A DNA stretch of 64,000 nucleotides from Ranitomeya imitator. Lineage: Eukaryota. Shown piece by piece: positions 10,392 to 21,606 of the stretch. Both the position numbers and the translations under genes were made by a program. Within the stretch, counting starts at the first letter, position 1. Every line of letters begins with the position of its first letter. The notes below the pieces were generated by a model. That model saw only the letters and a program-made list of their open reading frames with translations, did no database searches and had not been told where the DNA came from. The DNA is taken from contig NC_091289.1 of the NCBI RefSeq assembly GCF_032444005.1, positions 9,238,001 to 9,302,000 of the forward strand, given 5' to 3'.

Positions 10392-13300
10392 ATGGCGGTA
10401 CCCACTCCGTTGACGCTGGCGTCCATTAATGTCGCCAGCATAAAGTCAAATACAGCTAGATTTGCGGCCTTTGATTTTCTCAGCCGGGTTGAAGCTGACA
10501 TTTTCTTTTTGCAAGAGACCAGGCTGCCAAACATGGCAGATGTGTTTAAAGCTAAGAGGGAGTGGAGACTCGGGCCCTCCTATTGGTCTCTTGCGGCCGA
10601 GCCGTATAGCGGAGTGGCGGTCCTTTTTACCGCACCGGTGGAATGCCGACGGGTTATTGAGTTAGAAATGGGGAGGTGCCTGATCTTAGATGTCCTCATG
10701 AAGGGACAAGAGCTCCGGCTCATCAACATTTATGGTCCCCAATCTAAGTGGGACCGGAAGTGTCTCTTTATGAGGATCAAGCCCTACCTTTTTACAAGTC
10801 GGCAGGTTGTCTTTGGAGGGGACTTCAATGCTGTCACGAGGCCCCGAGATAGAGGAGGTTCCAGAGACAAGCTGACTTATGATAGCGTCGCCCTTAATAG
10901 TATAGCTAGTGAGGCTCGCCTGGTGGATGTCCACATTCGGCACACCCCAGGCCACGAGGGGTTCACCTATCATAGAGGTAACTGTAGGTCCAGAATAGAT
11001 AGGTTTTATTTAAAGGAGGAAGCTGTCTCTTCAGCAGTGTCTGTTGTTGAGGTGGAGTTCTCCGACCACTGTTTAATTTTGTTTTCTCTGAATGTTACAG
11101 AGACCCTCCGGATGGGAAGAGGCTTTTGGAGGCTCAATTCGTCTCTCTTGGAAGAAGCGGAGATAAGACAGTCCTTTGAGGAATTTCTTCAGGGCCAGGT
11201 ACCATTACTGGATCTTTGTAGTAGTAAGTCAGAGTGGTGGGAGATGTTTAAGGAAAGGGTGGCGAGATTCTTCCGCCAGCTCTCGAGCCTCAGGAGTCTG
11301 AACAGGTACCGTCTGTATCAGGGTCTGAGGAGGAAACTCGAGCATCTTGTCTCAACTGGAGGTAGCCGCGAGGAGATCTCCAGAGTGAAATCTTTGCTTA
11401 TGAGGTGTCAGTACGATAGACACGCATCTTTGGTTTTTGAGAGGGATTACGGGAAGTACCGCTCGCCCGACCCTTACAGAAACTGCAGGATGTCAGTGAA
11501 TAGTAAAGTGGTTACAGGACTGGTCGACACTGCGGGGTCCCTGAGACGATCCAGATCAGGGATCCTGGAGGTTGTCAGATCCTTCTACTCGCACCTCTTG
11601 GGGAAGAGGGATCTTGATTGGGATGAGATGTCGGCTTTCCTGGCTGAAGCTGTCCCCGAACCAGGGGTAGACCCCTCTCTTGACGTTTTGACAGAAATGA
11701 TCAGGGAAGAGGAAGTTCAGTTGGCGATTGAAGGGCTTGCCCCCAAAAAATCGCCTGGTCCAGATGGCTTAACATCTGAATTCTATAAGACCTTTAAGGA
11801 CGTTTTGGTTCCCCTCTTGACTGAGGTATTCAATGAGTGTCTTTCCTCGGGCATTCTGCCGAAGTCAATGAGGAGGTCTGCTCTGATCATCTTGTCAAAG
11901 GGTAAGGACCCGTCTTGCATTGGGAACTGGCGTCCCATAGCGCTTCTCAATGCAGACAGGAAGGTTCTGGCAAAGGTGCTGTTTAATCGGCTGGTGAAAT
12001 TTGCACCCCGACTCCTTTCGGGGGCCCAGCATTGCTCTGTTCCAGGCCGCAGCACATTTAGTGCTGTGCTCAGTGTCCGAGAGGCAGTGGAGCAGGGTAG
12101 GGCTGGTCACTGGAAGGGGTACATGCTGTCACTGGACCAGGCAAAAGTGTTTGATCGGGTTAATCATGAGTACCTCTGGTTCGTCCTTCTGAGATATGGC
12201 CTGCCCGGGGGGTTTGTTGATTGGCTTAAGACCTTGTACAGTGGGGCAGAGAGTTTCCCGCTTGTGAATGGTTGGATTGGCAGCTCTTTTGAGGTTGGGT
12301 CCGGTGTTCGCCAGGGTTGTCCCTTGAGCCCGCTGCTGTACGTGTTTGCGATTGACCCTCTTCTTAGGAGGGTGGAGCGTGGACCGTTGGCCGGGATCGG
12401 GATGGACCGGGCAGCACCGGAAGCCACTCTGAGGGTGGTGGCGTATGCCGATGATGTCACTGTGTTTGTTTCCTCTCATGAGGAGGCAGGGTGGCTGGTG
12501 TCAGAGGTAGATCGCTACTCGGAGGCATCCGGGTCCAAGATCAACCGGGATAAGTGTGAGAGTCTCTGGCTGGGAGGAGGAGATCCTGGTTTTGATCTCC
12601 CGGACACCCTTCCAGGACCCAAAGTCTCTGCAAAAGTCCTTGGCATCGAATTTGGCCAGGGGGATTACCCCAAACAAAATTGGGACAGCAGGCTAGAGAT
12701 CGCCACTCAGAAGGTGAACCAATGGAAGGGTTGGTCTTTGACCCTAAGGGAAAGGGTAAACCTGATCAAAACTTACCTGCTCCCTTTACTGATTTATCTG
12801 GGCAGTGTATGCATCTTGCCGGAATCTCTCTGGACTCGGGTCTACAGTTTGTTCTTCCAACTGTTATGGGGGAATAGACTGAACCTGGTCAAGAGGGAGG
12901 TTACTTACCGTACGAGGAGACTAGGAGGGTTGGGTATGGTCAACCCTGTGGTATTCCTTGTGGATACCTTCATTAAGATCAATATCGCAAACCTCTGGAA
13001 AGAGAGGGCTCCTCCGTGGGTATTCTCCTGTAGGGGATGGTTTCAGCCTTTCTTCCAGGAATGGGAGACAGGAGGGCAAGTGAAGGATCTTCGCACACCG
13101 CATGGACATCTTCCGGCTTACGCTACCTTGGTTCTGAAGGTAATTCGTCGGTGGGGTCTGGGAATGTGGGAGATCAGGACTCTGCCAAGGAAACTCCTTG
13201 ACAATAGGGTTCTGTTGACCCATTTCCAGAGGCCTCTGGCGCTCAGGGACTGCCCAAGTCGGGATCTTGGGGTGGGTTTGCATCTTTTGAATTCTATCAG

Positions 13301-13787
13301 GATCCCCTCGAAGTTTTGGGACTTAGCTTGGCGCTGCTTCCATGGGAAACTGTGTGTGAGGGACAATCTGAAGTGTAGGAGCTCTGAGGACAGGAATTGT
13401 CCTCGGGAGCATTGTGGTACCTTGCTGGAAAGCATGGACCACTTCCTGCTTCATTGTCCCTTCAACACAGAGGTGTACAACAGGGTGGGCGCCTTCATTG
13501 GCTGGTCTCGGCTGGCCGGTCTCTCCTATGCGGAATGGGCCTATGGAGCATTCGGAGACCTTGGTGGTCGGGACCGCTGCACCTTATTTCTAGTTAGCGC
13601 AGTGGTTAGGTATCACACGTGGAACGCACGGTGCTTAGTATCGACGCAACGAAAAATCCTCCCAGTGGAAGATGTGTTTAGGACCATACTCGGTGACCTG
13701 GTGAAGGTGCGCTCTCTGGAGTATGGGAGACTGGGCGCACGGAGGGCCGCTCTCCTCTGGAGGGGCTTTTCTTTTAGTGTACCCTAG
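10392..13787 (+). CDS. LINE ORF2 (1131 aa from ATG 10392): APE endonuclease, reverse transcriptase, C-terminal Cys/His motif
   Basis: EN motifs SINV, LQET, GGDFN, SRIDR, SDH; RT motifs PGPDG, WRPIALLN, RQGCPLSP, YADD (12444-12455); C-terminal CPREHC...HFLLHC; no stops or frameshifts. Confidence 0.95.
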   Translation: MAVPTPLTLASINVASIKSNTARFAAFDFLSRVEADIFFLQETRLPNMADVFKAKREWRLGPSYWSLAAEPYSGVAVLFTAPVECRRVIELEMGRCLILDVLMKGQELRLINIYGPQSKWDRKCLFMRIKPYLFTSRQVVFGGDFNAVTRPRDRGGSRDKLTYDSVALNSIASEARLVDVHIRHTPGHEGFTYHRGNCRSRIDRFYLKEEAVSSAVSVVEVEFSDHCLILFSLNVTETLRMGRGFWRLNSSLLEEAEIRQSFEEFLQGQVPLLDLCSSKSEWWEMFKERVARFFRQLSSLRSLNRYRLYQGLRRKLEHLVSTGGSREEISRVKSLLMRCQYDRHASLVFERDYGKYRSPDPYRNCRMSVNSKVVTGLVDTAGSLRRSRSGILEVVRSFYSHLLGKRDLDWDEMSAFLAEAVPEPGVDPSLDVLTEMIREEEVQLAIEGLAPKKSPGPDGLTSEFYKTFKDVLVPLLTEVFNECLSSGILPKSMRRSALIILSKGKDPSCIGNWRPIALLNADRKVLAKVLFNRLVKFAPRLLSGAQHCSVPGRSTFSAVLSVREAVEQGRAGHWKGYMLSLDQAKVFDRVNHEYLWFVLLRYGLPGGFVDWLKTLYSGAESFPLVNGWIGSSFEVGSGVRQGCPLSPLLYVFAIDPLLRRVERGPLAGIGMDRAAPEATLRVVAYADDVTVFVSSHEEAGWLVSEVDRYSEASGSKINRDKCESLWLGGGDPGFDLPDTLPGPKVSAKVLGIEFGQGDYPKQNWDSRLEIATQKVNQWKGWSLTLRERVNLIKTYLLPLLIYLGSVCILPESLWTRVYSLFFQLLWGNRLNLVKREVTYRTRRLGGLGMVNPVVFLVDTFIKINIANLWKERAPPWVFSCRGWFQPFFQEWETGGQVKDLRTPHGHLPAYATLVLKVIRRWGLGMWEIRTLPRKLLDNRVLLTHFQRPLALRDCPSRDLGVGLHLLNSIRIPSKFWDLAWRCFHGKLCVRDNLKCRSSEDRNCPREHCGTLLESMDHFLLHCPFNTEVYNRVGAFIGWSRLAGLSYAEWAYGAFGDLGGRDRCTLFLVSAVVRYHTWNARCLVSTQRKILPVEDVFRTILGDLVKVRSLEYGRLGARRAALLWRGFSFSVP

Positions 13788-14430
13788 TCTGGTCATCTCC
13801 TTTCCTGGTGGTGGGCTGATGCTGACACTGTAGATTTTTGTTTTGTTTGATCATTATACAGTGATGTAGGGCTGCAGGCGCCGAACTTGGGCTTCGTGAT
13901 TTGTAATTATTGTGGTGTGTGCTGCTGTATATAATGTATATATTGTATATAGGGATATAGATTTGGGTGTAGGTGTTAGGTTGGGTGGTGGGAAAAGGGG
14001 GGAGGTGGGATTATCTTGTGGGACTATGGGACACTGGGTTGTTTGGGGGAAAACTGGCACTGCCTGATCTGGCCTATGGACGTTGGACCTGGACTGAGGC
14101 ATGAGACGCAGGACCAGCTCTCAGGTCAGTGCGGGGGGTTGGGAATGAAGGATAGCTTAGTATTGTATATATTTGTAGTTATTTTATTTAAAAAAAAAAG
14201 TTCATGTATATAGTTTTTGTTTGCCATTGTTTATTTTATTTGTTATTTTTGTTTGGTGACCGGACCAGAAGGTCAAAGTAGTTATTCTGTATATACTGTA
14301 TAATATGTGCGAGAGGAGAGAATGAGCGGCTGGACCAGTGTTCAGTATACTGATTATTTTCTGGCTAATATTTTTGTTATGTTTTCTGCTATTATTATTG
14401 TTATGTTTTTCATTTTTATAATAAAAGATC

Positions 14431-14870
14431 TACAGGATGTAACTCAGGATCAGTAATGTAATGTATGCACACAGTGACTGCACCAGCAGAATAGTGAGTG
14501 CAGCTCTGGAGGATAATACAGGATGTAACTGCGGATCAGTAATGTAATGTATGCACACAGTGACTGCACCAGCAGAATAGTGAGTGCAGCTCTGGAGTAT
14601 AATACAGGATGTAACTCAGGATCAGTAATGTAATGTATGTACACAGTGACTGCACCAGCAGAATAGTGAGTGCAGCTCTGGAGGATAATACAGGATGTAA
14701 CTGCGGATCAGTAATGTAATGTATGCACACAGTGACTGCACCAGCAGAATAGTGAGCGCAGCTCTGGAGGATAATACAGGATGTAACTCAGGACCAGTAA
14801 TGTAATGTATGTACACAGTGACTGCACCAGCAGAATAGTGAGTGCAGCTCTGGAGGATAATACAGGATGT
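14431..14870 (+). repeat. 86-bp minisatellite, right part of the interrupted array (about 5 units)
   Basis: Resumes at tacaggatgtaactcagg immediately after the LINE 3' end, same orientation as the left part. Confidence 0.97.
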
Positions 14871-15610
14871 GTGACATCTAGAGTCAGTGTCAGGACACTC
14901 CTCAGGCATATGCTGGTCCTGGATGTTATTATATCCATGTTTTTGGTGGGGATACTGTCCAGTTTAGTAGATGGACCTCTCGGTACTGACAGGCTGCGCT
15001 CACATCCCCCAGTACTGAGGTGTCAGGATCACCTGATTATTGGGCACATGGGCTGGGAGCGGCTTTCAGCCGGCTTTAGTTTCCGGCCTTCCACCTCTCC
15101 GGCCCTGAAGCCGTCACCCTTGGACCAGCCCTTGCGCGATGCGTCCTGTGAGAGGCTCCTAGTAGAGAATAGCCGGACCCCCATTGTCCAGCTGCTCCCT
15201 CCTCGGTTATCTTTAGCCTTTTGTTTTGCTTTATACCTGAAAAACAAGTGGAAATAAAAGCCGAGCAGGAAGAGGGTTATTTGCAGCTGGACGCGATTTC
15301 CTGACCAGTCTCTTCCCTTCGCTCATCTTTTCCACTTCCAGGAGGAAATGTTTCCTTATGTTCCAGGTCCGGGCTCCGCTCACATCACGTTTATGGTCTG
15401 TGCCGTGGACATAAAGACTTTGTCAAGCAACTGAAGGTGTAAAGGTTTTACTGAAAGATCTGAAAACTTGGATCATTTTCAAAGGACTTTATCATCCTTC
15501 CCCCTAAAATCAGATCCTGGCAGCCCCAGTGATCAGCAGCGGTCATCTGTGATCTCTACATTACCTGTGACCATATGTGCAATTTCCATGCAGCGCCACC
15601 ACTGGAAAAA

Positions 15611-16082
15611 TTAACTCCTTACAGACATATGATCCCCTGGCACGTCATATGCCGGCTTCCTGAGTTTGATGCAGGCCCACACGCCGAGCCCGCAAATATT
15701 AAGCCGTCACATAGCTCCATATCCCCAAAAATGAAAAAGTTACCGCTCTCGGAAAATTGCGACAAAAGCAACATTTTTATTTATTTGTTTATTTTTGCAA
15801 ATTTCATATTTTTTTCACCAGTTAAAATAAAAATAATGCATGTTTGGTATCTGCGTACTTGTACTGACCTGGAGAATCCTATTCCTAGGTCATTTTTACC
15901 ATAAAATAAAAGCTTTAAATAGAGAAAAAAAAACATTGCAGAATTGCTTTTTTTTTTCTATTTTGCTGCACTTGGAAATTGTTTCCGATTTCCAGTACAT
16001 CATATGATAAAATGGGTGTTGTCCTTCAAAAGTACATCTCGAGCCGCAAAAAACAAGCCCTCGTGTTGTTATAAAGGGTTAA
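15611..16082. mobile_element. Non-autonomous piggyBac-like DNA transposon (internally deleted), TTAA-flanked
   Basis: Begins TTAActcctt (15611) and ends aagggTTAA (16082); AT-rich interior resembles common anuran piggyBac-type elements (recalled). Confidence 0.55.
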
Positions 16083-16434
16083 GTATTCCATGGAGCCCAT
16101 TGAAACCGGTCGGCTTTATGGGTGGTCTCTGGAGATGAGGTGTTTGAAGCCACTTGGTAGCTTCTTCTACTCTGTCCACCTGCCACGTACAAAGCTGTGT
16201 TACCCATCAGCGCCCCACGATCACGTTACGGGCGCACAGAGAGGCACGGGGAAGGGTTGTAAAAAATCTGAACAAAAGTATCGAAAGTAGGAACATTTCC
16301 TGGTAGCAGAAGAGCAGCGAGGGGAGTGGAGTCCAAAACCAGGTCCCTCATTATCGTCCCCCGCAGAGACGCTCCATCTCCGGAGATGATCATCACATTG
16401 GATTTTCTGTTTGCACGCTCTCCATAGCTTCACA

Positions 16435-19400
16435 TGTGCATGTAGTTATGTAGCGGTATGTAGTGTACGTTTATATGCAGTTATGTAGCGCTATGTAATG
16501 TACGTGTACATGTAGTTATGTAGCGGTACATAGTGTGCGTGTACATGTAGTTATGTAGTGGTACGTAGTGTGCGTGTACATGTAGTTATGTAGCGCTATG
16601 TAGTGTACGTGTGCATGTAGTTATGTAGCAGTACGTAGTGTACCTGTACATGTAGTTATGTAGCGCTATGTAGTGTATGTGTGCATGTAGTTATGTAGTG
16701 GTACGTAGTGTGCGTGTGCATGTGGTTATGTAGCACTATGTAATGTACGTGTACATGTAGTTATGTAGTGGTACATAGTGTGCGTGTACATGTAGTTATG
16801 TAGCGCTTCATAGTGTGCGTGTACATGTAGTTATGTAGCGGTATGTAGTGTTCGTGTGCATTTAGTTATGTAGCGGTACGTAGTGTACGTGTACATGTAG
16901 TTATGCAGCGGTACGTAGTGTGCGTGTGCATGTAGTTATGTAGCGGTACATGTAGTTATGTAGCGGTACGTAGTGTGTGTGTACATGTAGTTATGTAGCG
17001 GTACGTAGTGTGCGTGTACATGTAGTTATGTAGCGGTACGTAGTGTGCGTGTACATGTAGTTATGTAGCGGTACGTAGTGTACGTGTACATGTAGTTATG
17101 TAGTGCTATGTAATGTACGTGTGCATGTAGTTATGTAGCGGTATGTAGTGTTCATGTACATGTAGTTATGTAGCGGTACGTAGTGTACGTGTACATGTAG
17201 TTATGTAGCGGTACGTAGTGTACGTGTACATGTAGTTATGTAGCGGTATGTAGTGTTCGTGTGCATGTAGTTATGTAGCGGTACGTAGTGTACGTGTACA
17301 TGTAGTTATGCAGCGGTACGTAGTGTGCGTGTGCATGTAGTTATGTAGCGGTACATGTAGTTATGTAGCGGTACGTAGTGTGTGTGTGCGTGTACATGTA
17401 GTTATGTAGCGCAATGTAGTGTACATGTAGTTATGTAGCGCTTCGTAGTGTGCGTGTACATGTAGTTATGTAGCGGTACGTAGTGTACGTGTGCATGTAG
17501 TTATGTAGCGGTACGTAGTGTTCATGTACATGTAGTTATGTAGCGGTACGTAGTGTGCGTGTACATGTAGTTATGTAGCGGTACGTAGTGTACGTGTGCA
17601 TGTAGTTATGTAGCGGTACGTAGTGTTCATGTACATGTAGTTATGTAGCGGTACGTAGTGTTCATGTACATGTAGTTATGTAGCGGTACGTAGTGTACGT
17701 GTACATGTAGTTATGTAGTGCTATGTAATGTACGTGTGCATGTAGTTATGTAGCGGTATGTAGTGTTCATGTACATGTAGTTATGTAGCGGTACGTAGTG
17801 TACGTGTACATGTAGTTATGTAGTGCTATGTAATGTACGTGTGCATGTAGTTATGTAGCGGTATGTAGTGTTCATGTACATGTAGTTATGTAGCGGTATG
17901 TAGTGTTCATGTACATGTAGTTATGTAGCGGTACGTAGTGTACGTGTACATGTAGTTATGTAGTGCTATGTAATGTACGTGTGCATGTAGTTATGTAGCG
18001 GTATGTAGTGTTCATGTACATGTAGTTATGTAGCGGTATGTAGTGTTCATGTACATGTAGTTATGTAGCGGTACGTAGTGTTCGTGTACATGTAGTTATG
18101 TAGCGGTACGTAGTGTACGTGTACATGTAGTTATGTAGTGCTATGTAATGTACGTGTGCATGTAGTTATGTAGCGGTATGTAGTGTTCATGTACATGTAG
18201 TTATGTAGCGGTATGTAGTGTTCATGTACATGTAGTTATGTAGCGGTACGTAGTGTTCATGTACATGTAGTTATGTAGCGGTACGTAGTGTACGTGTACA
18301 TGTAGTTATGTAGTGCTATGTAATGTACGTGTGCATGTAGTTATGTAGCGGTATGTAGTGTTCATGTACATGTAGTTATGTAGCGGTATGTAGTGTTCAT
18401 GTACATGTAGTTATGTAGCGGTACGTAGTGTTCATGTACATGTAGTTATGTAGCGGTACGTAGTGTACGTGTGCATGTAGTTATGTAGCGGTATGTAGTG
18501 TTCATGTACATGTAGTTATGTAGCGGTATGTAGTGTTCATGTACATGTAGTTATGTAGCGGTACGTAGTGTTCGTGTACATGTAGTTATGTAGCGGTACG
18601 TAGTGTGCGTGTACATGTAGTTATGTAGCGGTACGTAGTGTACGTGTACATGTAGTTATGTAGTGCTATGTAATGTACGTGTGCATGTAGTTATGTAGCG
18701 GTATGTAGTGTTCATGTACATGTAGTTATGTAGCGGTACGTAGTGTGCGTGTACATGTAGTTATGTAGCGGTACGTAGTGTGCGTGTGCATGTAGTTATG
18801 TAGCGGTACGTAGTGTGCGTGTACATGTAGTTATGTAGTGCTATGTAATGTACGTGTGCATGTAGTTATGTAGCGGTATGTAGTGTTCATGTACATGTAG
18901 TTATGTAGCGGTACGTAGTGTGCGTGTACATGTAGTTATGTAGCGGTACGTAGTGTGCGTGTGCATGTAGTTATGTAGCGGTACGTAGTGTGCGTGTACA
19001 TGTAGTTATGTAGCGGTATGTAGTGTGCGTGTACATGTAGTTATGTAGCGGTACGTAGTGTGCGTGTACATGTAGTTATGTAGCGGTACGTAGTGTGCGT
19101 GTACATGTAGTTATGTAGCGGTACGTAGTGTGCGTGTGCATGTAGTTATGTAGCGGTACGTAGTGTGCGTGTACATGTAGTTATGTAGCGGTACGTAGTG
19201 TGCGTGTACATGTAGTTATGTAGCGGTACGTAGTGTGCGTGTACATGTAGTTATGTAGCGGTACGTAGTGTGCGTGTACATGTAGTTATGTAGCGGTACG
19301 TAGTGTACGTGTACATGTAGTTATGTAGTGCTATGTAGTGTGCGTGTGCATGTAGTTATGTAGCGGTACATGTAGTTATGTAGCGGTACGTAGTGTGCGT

Positions 19401-19600
19401 GTACATGTAGTTATGTAGCGGTACGTAGTGTACGTATACATGTAGTTATGTAGTGCTATGTAATGTACGTGTGCATGTAGTTATGTAGCGGTACGTAGTG
19501 TGCGTGTACATGTAGTTATGTAGTGCTATGTAATGTAAGTGTACATGTAGTTATGTAGCAGTACGTAGTGTACGTGTACATGTAGTTATGTAGCGGTATG
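16435..19600. repeat. 35-bp minisatellite (about 90 copies), largely alternating purine-pyrimidine
   Basis: Unit gtacatgtagttatgtagcggtacgtagtgtgcgt; period 35 checked at 18964/18999. Confidence 0.97.
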
Positions 19601-19784
19601 TTTCCCTCTCCCATGGAGCTGCATTATTTCGGTGGGTTTTCTGTCCCGGAGGGGTGTCTATCATACATGTGCCATACATACATGTCAGTACTTAGTGCAG
19701 GTTGCCGCTCATATTCACAGCTGATGTTTTTACTTTTGGGCAGATGCTCTAGAGCCAATGTGAATTGTCGCATTTTGCCCGCAG

Positions 19785-19956
19785 GCTGATAGACATAGCG
19801 AGGAAGCTGGACAAAGCGGAGCGGGAGCCGCTGTCGAGGTGCGCTCACTACTTCAAGAAACTGCAGCATCATGGCTACGCGGCCGAGACGTACATGAAGA
19901 TCGGGGATCTGAAGGCGCTGGTCCTGCTGCACGTGGAGACACAGCACTGGGAGGAG
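19785..19956 (+). CDS. IFT122: IFT122 coding exon
   Basis: cccgcag|G CTG ATA GAC...GAG|gtgagt; completes M then [19 protein letters not shown]...VETQHWEE; 172 bp; in frame across the 13.65-kb intron 6131-19784. Confidence 0.95.
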
Positions 19957-20051
19957 GTGAGTGCCCGGTCTGGATTAGGGACCTCAGCGAGTCCCCGCAG
20001 CTTAGTAAGTAACGTCCTCACTAATGGCTATTGGGACCTGGTGCTCGTTTA

Positions 20052-20353
20052 GGCTACGTTCACATTTGCGTTGTGCGCCGCTGCGTCGGCGACGCAACGC
20101 ACAACACAAATAAAAACGCACGCTAAAACGCTGCGTTTTGCGACGCATGCGTCCTTTTTTGCCGAACTTTGGACGCAAAAAAAATGCAACTTGTTGTGTT
20201 TTCTGCGTCCAACGTTTGCGGCAAAAATGCGTCGCACAACGCAGCACAACGTATGTCCATGCGCCCCCCATGTTAAATATAGGGGTGCATGACGCATGCG
20301 TCGCCGCAGCGTTTCCCGACGCTGCGTCGGGAAACGCTAATGTGAACGTAGCC
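20052..20353. mobile_element. 302-bp MITE with terminal inverted repeats, probably PIF/Harbinger-type
   Basis: TIR GGCTACGTTCACATT / AATGTGAACGTAGCC; flanks tta / taa; interior strongly self-complementary (gacgcatgcgtc). Confidence 0.8.
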
Positions 20354-20594
20354 TAACATCACATCCATCACCAGTGCTAATCATGGAGCCCGCCAGACTG
20401 GTTATCGGCTACATGGCAGAGACTGCGCTATGGCGTGGGACATGGTCTGCGGTAAGGTAAAGGGTCTGCGCTGAACACCGGCAGCAAAGATGAGGTCTTC
20501 TTACAGTTTTCCAAACTTAAGGATTTATTATTATCTATTTGTGTTAAAATCGGAGAAGGCCCCAAAGTGAATTAAGACCTCACGTCCCTAAAGT

Positions 20595-20695
20595 CATTGA
20601 GACCCCATATCAAACATTAAAGCCATTGAGACCCCATATCAAACATTAAAGTCATTGAGACCCCATATCAAACATTAAAGTCATTGAGACCCCAG
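20595..20695 (+). repeat. Short 29-bp tandem repeat (about 3.5 copies)
   Basis: cattgagaccccatatcaaacattaaag(t/c) repeated. Confidence 0.85.
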
Positions 20696-20911
20696 TTCAG
20701 ACCCTAAAACTAATTCAGACCCCATTAAAGATCCTTAACATGAATAGCCTCTGTGACTCACTCTAAATTTACCGTCTTCATGATGAGCCTTCCAAAATAA
20801 AAATAAAATGCTAAAAGTAACCAGACCTTGGACCCAAAGCCATAAAAATTCATTCAGAGCCAGAACAGACCCCGACATCATTTAGACCACACGGGACCCT
20901 AAAATTACTAA

Positions 20912-21268
20912 GGCTATGTGCCCACATTGCAGAAAGTATGTAGAAATTTCCTGATCAAATCCGGACTCCCTTCGCTTGCGTTTTTTTTTTTTGCACGTAT
21001 TTGTCACTTTTTTTCCGTGGATTTTTAGCGTTTTTTACAATGGTCCAAATACAATTCTATAGCGGTAAAACCACGGATTTTCCGCAAAATTAATGAACAT
21101 GCTTTGTTTTTTTCTGCAATGCTTTTCCGCTCCGGAAAAAAACGCAGCATGGGCACAAAAATTGCGGAATGCATTAAAATAATGGGATGCTTAATGTAAG
21201 CGGGTTTTTTTTCCGCAGAGGAAAACCACCGCAAATACGCTAAAAATCCATAACGTGGGCACATATCT
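20912..21268. mobile_element. Degenerate Harbinger-type MITE with TAA target duplication
   Basis: taa|GGCTATGTGCCCAC ... GTGGGCACATATCT|taa. Confidence 0.65.
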
Positions 21269-21606
21269 TAAAACTCCAGACCAGAAATAAAAAACCTCCA
21301 AACTCCATGACCCAGACCGGTCCATGGCCACCGTCCGGACCTTGTGTGCAAGACCCCGACAGAGTTCTGCTCAATACGTGAAGACCCCGTCCTCCTCCAG
21401 TGCATGGACGAGGCCGCAGACACCACTTACACCTGGACTCTGATTTTTTGACCCCTTTTAAGCTGAGAAATTGGGAATTCCCTGCAGGGCGGAATCAGGA
21501 CAACGCGCACGCTGTAACGTTGCCCACTGTACGTCTTCTGCCGGTGGGCCGTGTGCTCCTGTCTCATCGCTCCCGTCAGTCACACAGTGCCATTGTCTAT
21601 TTCCAG

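Larger units (their letters stand above)
6823..14430 (+). mobile_element. Full-length L1/Tx1-clade non-LTR retrotransposon (about 7.6 kb) inserted in the 86-bp array
   Basis: 5' UTR, ORF1 with three CCHC knuckles, ORF2 with APE endonuclease + RT, GT-rich 3' UTR ending AATAAAAGATC; the same array flanks both sides; 5' boundary is 6823 or 6845. Confidence 0.93.

Noticed and set aside
7066-13597. Numerous antisense and alternate-frame ORFs within the LINE (possible ORF0 analogue)
   Set aside because: Expected shadows of long GC-rich coding sequence; none has independent support
14880-15440. Coding-like minus-strand segment with a good acceptor (cttgtttttcag at about 15238)
   Set aside because: Weak donor, unrecognised peptide, and no consistent partner exons identified; could be an old TE or pseudo-exon
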